Of a stretch of DNA of 64,000 bases, positions 58,253-64,000 are shown piece after piece. The notes below the pieces were generated by a model, which worked only from the letters and a program-made list of their open reading frames with translations, was not told where the DNA came from and made no database searches. Numbering within the stretch: position 1 is the stretch's first letter; each line of letters opens with the position of its first letter. Made by a program: the position numbers and the translations under genes. Source of the DNA: an uncultured SAR86 cluster bacterium (GTDB lineage Bacteria > Pseudomonadota > Gammaproteobacteria > Magnimaribacterales > D2472); assembly GCA_902509555.1 (NCBI GenBank), contig CABWYS010000002.1, positions 1,478 to 65,477 on the forward strand, given 5' to 3'.

Positions 58253-58441
58253 CTAAATAAGAAATCGAATCAATCTGAACCCTACATAAAATACACCAGT
58301 GGAAATTCCCAATGCCAAAACAATCAGCAATAAGTCTCTTAGAGATTTAAGAAATTTTCCTTCAGGGGAATTTTTTAAAAGTTGTTGCACTAAAAATAAA
58401 AGCGCAATAATGGATAAGAATAATATTATTAATGTAATCAT
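58253..58441 (-). CDS. Small two-TM membrane protein, unknown function
   Basis: 62 aa. It starts 2 nt after the DedA stop and ends 4 nt before the HIT start. Confidence 0.45.
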   Translation of the reverse strand: MITLIILFLSIIALLFLVQQLLKNSPEGKFLKSLRDLLLIVLALGISTGVFYVGFRLIRFLI

Positions 58442-58443
58442 AA

Positions 58444-58950
58444 TTATTTAAATATAGAGCCTACTGATACCACAAGCAAGGCTAAAGCAAGAGCCCACAA
58501 AGAACACGCAATAATATCAGCAACATAAAATCTTTTTAATCTTAAATCGGTAATTCCAAGTAAAAATGGTACAAGAGGTCTAATTGCAGGAATAAATCTT
58601 CCAAATAAGACGGTGTAGGGACCAAAACGATCTAAAAAATCTTGAGTTTTGGTAATTGCTTTTTGGCGTTTTTGAATAAACTTTGAATTGAGCAGGCTTG
58701 GGCCTATAGACTTTCCAAGCAAAAAACCACAAACATCGCCAACGTGCGAACCAAGAAGAGCAATACCACAAATCCATGGAAGGGTTAATAATTCAATGTT
58801 GTAAAGGTAGATACACAAGGAAAAAAGAATAGCGCTCGGCATAAAACTTCCTGTGATAATCATTGATTCCATAAAGCCAAAAAGAAAAACAAGCATCCAT
58901 CCATACTCAGGATTGGTTTCTAAAAAGAGTTGAATTCTTTCAAAAGACAT
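58444..58950 (-). CDS. DedA/SNARE-associated family membrane protein
   Basis: 168 aa. GRFIPAIRPLVPFLLG is a DedA signature. Confidence 0.75.
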   Translation of the reverse strand: MSFERIQLFLETNPEYGWMLVFLFGFMESMIITGSFMPSAILFSLCIYLYNIELLTLPWICGIALLGSHVGDVCGFLLGKSIGPSLLNSKFIQKRQKAITKTQDFLDRFGPYTVLFGRFIPAIRPLVPFLLGITDLRLKRFYVADIIACSLWALALALLVVSVGSIFK

Positions 58951-58956
58951 AATTTA

Positions 58957-59697
58957 TTATTTCTTTTTATTAAAAAATTTTTCTACTGCTTTGAGGTTAT
59001 CTTCAGAACCAAATAGCTTTTTCATAGCTTTGGTTTCCATGGATCTAGCTTGAGCAATATCTGTATGCATAAAAGATTTTAATATAGCTTTTGTTTCGAT
59101 AATTGAGCTAAGTGACTGCTCTTTTAAGGTATGAGCATATTTATTCGCCTCGCTTAAAAAATCCTCACCAACATATTTAGCTAAACCTAACTCGTGGTAT
59201 CTATTTCCATCCAAAGGATTTGATTCAAAGAGAAGTTGAGCAGCTTTTTGATATCCCAATGATTGAAATAATAAATAAGAACTACCAACTTCAGGAGCTA
59301 AACCAAGATCAGAAAAGGGATACTTTATCTTTGCGCTTGGAGATATAAAAATAGCATCAAAGTGAAGCAGGATCGTAGCACCACCTCCAACTGCTGCACC
59401 TTCAACAGCACCAATTAATGGTTTTTTAAAATTGATCAATGCATCGATACAAGTTTCAAAAGGTTCCTCATATTCAGAACCTCCTTCTCCTGTCATGCTG
59501 CTTAAATCTACACCTGATGAAAATGTATTTGATGATCCAGTTACTATCACTGAAGAAATATTTGAATCATCGCTTGCAGTATTTAATGCATCTCTAAAGA
59601 GACCCCATAACTCTGCATCAAATGCATTTTTAGTTTCAGGGCGATTAAAAACAAGAGTACGAACACCCTCATTGGTTTCAACTAAAAGCTTGCTCAC
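58957..59697 (-). CDS. Enoyl-CoA hydratase/isomerase (crotonase fold)
   Basis: 246 aa. Oxyanion-hole region FSSGVDL and GAAVGGGATILL. Confidence 0.8.
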   Translation of the reverse strand: MSKLLVETNEGVRTLVFNRPETKNAFDAELWGLFRDALNTASDDSNISSVIVTGSSNTFSSGVDLSSMTGEGGSEYEEPFETCIDALINFKKPLIGAVEGAAVGGGATILLHFDAIFISPSAKIKYPFSDLGLAPEVGSSYLLFQSLGYQKAAQLLFESNPLDGNRYHELGLAKYVGEDFLSEANKYAHTLKEQSLSSIIETKAILKSFMHTDIAQARSMETKAMKKLFGSEDNLKAVEKFFNKKK

Positions 59698-60491
59698 TTT
59701 CCTTTAAATTTTGGTTTTCTTTTCTCAGCAAATGCAGTCAATCCTTCCATCATGTCCTCAGTAGAAAAAATCGGTTGGCCTATTTCAAGTTCTTTTTCTA
59801 AAGCCTCAGTCTCTGTATAGCTTTCATCAATCTCACGCAGTGATTTAACAATAGCTTGTATAGACAAAGGAGCATTTTCACTTACAGTTTCAGCAATCTC
59901 CATAGCTTTTTCTAATGCATCTCCGTCTTCTACTACATGACCAATCAAGCCAAATCTTAAGGCTTCATCAGAAGAAATTCGTCTACCTGTTAACAAGGCC
60001 TCTGCTGCAAGGGTATAGGGGATTTGACGCCTAAGTCGCACAGTAGAGCCGCCTAATGGAAATAGACCTCTAAGAGGTTCTGATAGACCAAAAACTGCAC
60101 TTTTACCAGCAACTCTAATATCAGTTCCTTGTAAAATTTCTGTCCCTCCAGCAAGAGCAAAGCCCTCAACAGCAGCAATGATTGGTTTGGTTGGTCTGTT
60201 ATGGCGAAGCAAAGATTGCCAATGCAGATCAGGAATCTCCTTGAGCTTCTCCATCATGTCGGAATCTTCATTACCATCTTTCATAGCACTTAAATCAGCG
60301 CCAGAGCAAAAAGTTCCTCCAGCTCCAGTTAGTACAGCGCAACGTAAGTTTGGATCTTCATCGAGCTTTCTCCAAGCTTCGTAAATAGTTACAAGCATGC
60401 CAGGACTCAAGGCATTTCGTTTTTCGGGACGATTGAGTGTAATCACCATAATATGGCCTTGTTCTTCTACTATCGCATGATCTGTATTCAT
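59694..60491 (-). CDS. Enoyl-CoA hydratase (crotonase fold)
   Basis: 265 aa. FCSGADL, GFALAGGTEI, and C-terminal FAEKRKPKF. Confidence 0.85.
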   Translation of the reverse strand: MNTDHAIVEEQGHIMVITLNRPEKRNALSPGMLVTIYEAWRKLDEDPNLRCAVLTGAGGTFCSGADLSAMKDGNEDSDMMEKLKEIPDLHWQSLLRHNRPTKPIIAAVEGFALAGGTEILQGTDIRVAGKSAVFGLSEPLRGLFPLGGSTVRLRRQIPYTLAAEALLTGRRISSDEALRFGLIGHVVEDGDALEKAMEIAETVSENAPLSIQAIVKSLREIDESYTETEALEKELEIGQPIFSTEDMMEGLTAFAEKRKPKFKGK

Positions 60492-60504
60492 AAAACTCTC
60501 CTAA

Positions 60505-61653
60505 CTAGTCCAGTGATGATGAGACTATCCACATAGCAAAAAATTGCGCAGCACCACCATATGCATGACCCATTGCAACTTTTGCATCATCAACCTGATG
60601 ATCTTCTGCTAATCCCATAACTTGAAGCGCAGCCTCACCAAACCTTATCATCCCAGATGCGCCAATTGGATTGGAAGATAAAACACCTCCTGACATATTA
60701 AAGGGCAACCCCCCATCAATTGCTGTTGCATCTTTATCGGTTAGTTTCCAACCCTCCCCCAAATCACAAAATCCAAGATTCTCTAACCACATAGGCTCAT
60801 ACCAAGAAAATGGGACGTAGATCTCAGCACAATCAATCTCATTATAAGGATTGTGTATACCTGCCTGATTGTAAATATCTTTTGCACAATCAATTCCAGC
60901 TTGTGGGTTTACTTCATCCCTACCAGCAGACAAAGTCCCTTCTGATCTGACGGCCATGCCTTTGATCCATGCCACATTTCTTGAGCCAACTTGATCTTGC
61001 GCGGTAATAACCATCGCACATGCGCCATCGGAGGATGGACAGCTTTCAAGATAGCGTAAAGGCTCCCAGAGCATAGGGGTGTCACTTACCATTTTTTCAT
61101 CGATGCCAGGAATGTGGAGGTGAGCTAATGGGTTTTTTAGTGCATTTTGGCGATCCTTGGCTGCGACTTTCCAACCAATATGTTCAGGTGCTTCATATCT
61201 ACGGATGTATTCCCTAATGAAGGGAGCGAAGTAGCCTCCGGCTCCAGCATTGATATGCGGAGAGTATGGGTAACGAGGAGATAAAGCCCATGTCGCATTG
61301 GATTCAGATTGTTTTTCAAAAGTTACTGTCAGCACCGTCTTAAACTGACCAGAACAAACATGCGAGGCAGCAATCACCGCGGTGCTTCCCCCAACACTGC
61401 CAGCAGTATGCACTCGCAATACAGGCTTGCCCACAGCTCCAATTGCATCAGCTAAATATAATTCGGGCATTATTACGCCTTCAAACATGTCTGGCGCCTT
61501 ACCTAAGATCACCGCATCAATAGCATCCCATTCGAGATTGGCTGCTAGCATTGCATTGTCAATGGCTTCTCTAACCAATCCAGCCATGGAAACATCACGT
61601 CTCTTAGCATCGTATTTTGTCTGCCCAACGCCTATTACTCCTGCTTGAATCAT
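60505..61653 (-). CDS. Thiolase-fold protein, SCP-x/Ltp2-like, lacking the nucleophilic Cys (candidate retro-aldolase subunit)
   Basis: 382 aa. N-terminus VIGVGQTKY. The nucleophile region reads HTAGSVGGSTAV with no Cys. NMSGGVLSSNPIGASG has no GHP His. The C-terminal HAYGGAA has Tyr where thiolases have Cys. Confidence 0.7.
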   Translation of the reverse strand: MIQAGVIGVGQTKYDAKRRDVSMAGLVREAIDNAMLAANLEWDAIDAVILGKAPDMFEGVIMPELYLADAIGAVGKPVLRVHTAGSVGGSTAVIAASHVCSGQFKTVLTVTFEKQSESNATWALSPRYPYSPHINAGAGGYFAPFIREYIRRYEAPEHIGWKVAAKDRQNALKNPLAHLHIPGIDEKMVSDTPMLWEPLRYLESCPSSDGACAMVITAQDQVGSRNVAWIKGMAVRSEGTLSAGRDEVNPQAGIDCAKDIYNQAGIHNPYNEIDCAEIYVPFSWYEPMWLENLGFCDLGEGWKLTDKDATAIDGGLPFNMSGGVLSSNPIGASGMIRFGEAALQVMGLAEDHQVDDAKVAMGHAYGGAAQFFAMWIVSSSLD

Positions 61654-62705
61654 TTCTGTGCCTCTAGGTGGACTAACATGTTGTGTTGAAGACAGGGGCC
61701 AGAAGTTGCGTGAGCCAAACCATGAGTGAATTGATTTTCTTTAAGTGACTCATAAGTCTTGCCGATCGCATCAAGTCCTGCGCACATCATTACATTCCCG
61801 ACCAATGGGCCGCCTGAAAGATTGGTTGGAACATCTTGAAGATTTAATAAAGATTTTAAAAAAGGTAGTTCATGACTAAACTGGGTATGTAATTCAGCAA
61901 CATCAAACTTTATATTTTTTAAATTTAATTGGTTCATTGAAACTTGCAAAGTGTTAGAAGTTGCAAGATTTCTAGAGCCGAGGTTTGATGATTCAATTCT
62001 ATGATCAATACCCTCTATCCAAATAGGATGATCTGTAAATTTATAAGCTTTTTCTTCTGATGCAATAATCATCGCAGAGGAACCATCTGAGATTGGTGGG
62101 CAATCTAACTTATTTAATGGAGAAGATACCATTGCATTGTTTAAATAATCTGACTCATCAATTAAGTCAGTGATTAAGGCGTTCTTATTATTTTTTGAGT
62201 TAGCTCTTGCTTCAATGACTGTTGCGAGCATTTGCTCTGGGGTAATGATATTTTGATCAAGTAGAACTCTAGCTTGAAGAGCCGCTAAACTAACTCGGTC
62301 AGGCCATAGAGGAGAAATATAATATGGATCCATTTGCAAAGAAATAATTGCATCCAAATCTCCCGGAGATGATTTACCAAACCCATATATTAGGGCTGTC
62401 TCAGCATCACCCATTTGAATTTTTAACATTGATTCATACATGGCCCATGCTGCATCCATTTCTACGTGAGATTCTTTGATTGGTGGATTGGTTTGAATAG
62501 CAGACAAACCCTCCACAAAGGCAAAAGCCGCACCTTGAAGATAATCACAACTGCCAGAACAGGTAAAATCAATGTCCTTTTGACTGATTCCCAAATCATT
62601 AAATAACTGATGCACCACCGGCATGATGAGCTCAACCTCATTCAATGCTCCCGCATTTTTTAATATTGGATGTTGAGCATACCCAACGATAGCAACTCTT
62701 TTCAT
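61650..62705 (-). CDS. Thiolase-fold protein, second subunit, also lacking catalytic Cys/His
   Basis: 351 aa. The nucleophile region reads HVEMDAAWAMYES with no Cys. NLSGGPLVGNVMMCAG has no GHP. It overlaps both neighbours by 4 nt. Confidence 0.65.
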   Translation of the reverse strand: MKRVAIVGYAQHPILKNAGALNEVELIMPVVHQLFNDLGISQKDIDFTCSGSCDYLQGAAFAFVEGLSAIQTNPPIKESHVEMDAAWAMYESMLKIQMGDAETALIYGFGKSSPGDLDAIISLQMDPYYISPLWPDRVSLAALQARVLLDQNIITPEQMLATVIEARANSKNNKNALITDLIDESDYLNNAMVSSPLNKLDCPPISDGSSAMIIASEEKAYKFTDHPIWIEGIDHRIESSNLGSRNLATSNTLQVSMNQLNLKNIKFDVAELHTQFSHELPFLKSLLNLQDVPTNLSGGPLVGNVMMCAGLDAIGKTYESLKENQFTHGLAHATSGPCLQHNMLVHLEAQK

Positions 62706-63202
62706 GATTCTTGGAACCTCAGAGTTGCAACATCTACATCTGGTTCATCGATAGGAGCAAACCATTTAATATTCTCTAAAGAATGAGTCCACTCTTCTTT
62801 AGGCTTCCAAACAGCCTGAATGCGCATGCCTATTCTTATGTTCTCAATATCAACATCTTGAATAAGATGTAAAAATGATATGTTTGCTCCGTCCAATCTA
62901 ATCATCGCGCAAACATAGGGGGGCACGATAGGATTTCCTGGAATAGGAATGTGCACCACAGTAAATGACTCTATGCATCCTTTATCAATCAGTGGAACCT
63001 CTATATCGGTTGCAACTCCACATCTGGGACAGCTCCCTCTAGGGGGGACATAAACTGCTTTACATTTTGGGCAACCCTGCCCAACGATATTTCCTTCTTT
63101 AACCTGATTTAAAAACCTGGTCGTGGCTGATCCGGCCGTATAGAAATATTCTAAATTAATAGGTGATTCTGAATAATCTTTTGGTGTATCTTCTGCACTC
63201 AT
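62702..63202 (-). CDS. DUF35 OB-fold protein with a 4-Cys zinc ribbon
   Basis: 166 aa. CPKCKAVYVPPRGSCPRCG is followed by an OB-fold region. Confidence 0.75.
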   Translation of the reverse strand: MSAEDTPKDYSESPINLEYFYTAGSATTRFLNQVKEGNIVGQGCPKCKAVYVPPRGSCPRCGVATDIEVPLIDKGCIESFTVVHIPIPGNPIVPPYVCAMIRLDGANISFLHLIQDVDIENIRIGMRIQAVWKPKEEWTHSLENIKWFAPIDEPDVDVATLRFQES

Positions 63203-63654
63203 TTTTCTAAAGTAAAAAATTTTATATCTGTAATTCTTTTTTCTGAAGTATCAGACCAAGCAGCTGTAACTCTTGTACCGATGCTTAAATCTACCTCATT
63301 GCAATCTGCAATCATGTGAAGCATAGAAGAGTCAGCTCCATCGAGTTTTATTAAAGCAAAGGCAAATGGCTTTTTAATTAAATGATGGCTTTGTGGGGCT
63401 TCAATCCAACTAAACGATTCAATTGATCCACCAGGACCAACTTCAACCATATCTTTTAAAGACTCATGAGTTTCAGGATCAAATTCAGCAGCAGGAGAAA
63501 AAACTTTACCAGCACTAGTTTTGGTCCCTAAAATTGTTTGCTCTCCCAAGGCATCAAAAAACTTGGACATTACAGGCCCATTTGAGCGCTTGTAATTATA
63601 TGCAAGCTCAAAGGGAGCTCTTAGCAAATCTTTTGAATCACTCATCCTCTTCAA
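63199..63654 (-). CDS. DUF35-like OB-fold protein without zinc-ribbon cysteines
   Basis: 151 aa with the same architecture as the neighbour. The ribbon region reads GTKTSAGKVFSPAAEFDPETHE with no Cys. Confidence 0.65.
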   Translation of the reverse strand: MKRMSDSKDLLRAPFELAYNYKRSNGPVMSKFFDALGEQTILGTKTSAGKVFSPAAEFDPETHESLKDMVEVGPGGSIESFSWIEAPQSHHLIKKPFAFALIKLDGADSSMLHMIADCNEVDLSIGTRVTAAWSDTSEKRITDIKFFTLEK

Positions 63655-64000
63655 CCATTGTATTTTTAGATGTATCTATTAAAACATGTTTCATTAATTT
63701 TCCGGAAGCATTTCTAGGCAAAGGTGTATTAATCATTTTCCATTTAGAAGGAACTTTAAAATCCGCTAGGTCTTTACCAACCCATGCTGATAATTCAGAA
63801 TCGATCAACTGAGAATTTTTAGTTGATACTATCGCCATCACTTCTTGGCCCAAATCATCATGAGGTATGCCTATCACAGCTGATTCCTCAACATCTTTAT
63901 AAGAATCTAAAATTAATTCAATCTCTTGAGGGTAAACATTCTCAGCACCTCTTAAAATCAGATCTGTCCGTCTTGATGAGATAAAGTAAAGCGAGCCTTT
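63638..64000 (-). CDS. AMP-dependent acyl-CoA synthetase/ligase, C-terminal part (the 5' end is off the window)
   Basis: The frame is open from the window edge. It encodes GSLYFISSRRTDLILRGAENVYPQEIE...FKVPSKW...LPRNASGKLMKHVL, the typical AMP-binding C-terminal domain. Confidence 0.85.
   Translation of the reverse strand, partial: KGSLYFISSRRTDLILRGAENVYPQEIELILDSYKDVEESAVIGIPHDDLGQEVMAIVSTKNSQLIDSELSAWVGKDLADFKVPSKWKMINTPLPRNASGKLMKHVLIDTSKNTMVEEDE

Noticed and set aside
58010-58333. 107-aa plus-strand ORF in the track.
   Set aside because: It is antisense to the frameshifted HinT-like gene, whose two halves translate into a complete, highly recognisable HIT protein. The plus-strand product has no recognisable features.

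Overview
This is an AT-rich, very gene-dense chromosomal segment from a streamlined marine Gram-negative bacterium. It looks gammaproteobacterial and possibly SAR86-like, but that is only an inference. The inference rests on E. coli-type trxB/ftsK/lolA/serS synteny, a Na+-pumping oxaloacetate decarboxylase (oadGAB), a large TonB-dependent receptor, and many lipid/acyl-CoA genes. I count about 70 protein-coding genes, one tRNA-Ser(UGA), one clear intrinsic terminator and two near-identical sigma-54 promoters. I saw no rRNA, CRISPR array, transposase, integrase or prophage block. All functional calls come from motif and family recognition by eye and from memory; no searches were run. Leads worth a second look, in window order: (1) An in-frame MsbA::LpxK fusion ORF lies at the left edge. 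It sits in a translationally coupled lolC-lolD-exbB-exbD-msbA::lpxK operon that contains an orphan ExbBD motor. (2) An APC permease, a DDAH-like guanidino hydrolase and a Rieske oxygenase form a tight module. (3) A PD-(D/E)XK nuclease is embedded in an SDR/hydrolase operon. (4) FtsK's conserved N-terminus lies upstream of any canonical start codon, behind a strong SD with ATC codons. A lipoprotein gene shows the same problem. (5) Twin sigma-54 promoters drive a porin-like gene and glnK-amtB, with an octamer tandem repeat in the glnK leader. (6) A HIT (hinT-like) gene is broken by one extra base in an A7 run. (7) At the right edge is a translationally coupled module: acyl-CoA ligase, two DUF35 proteins, two thiolase-fold proteins that lack the catalytic Cys and His, and two crotonases. 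It resembles Ltp2-type retro-aldolase systems. I cannot tell which of these, if any, is truly undescribed without database searches.
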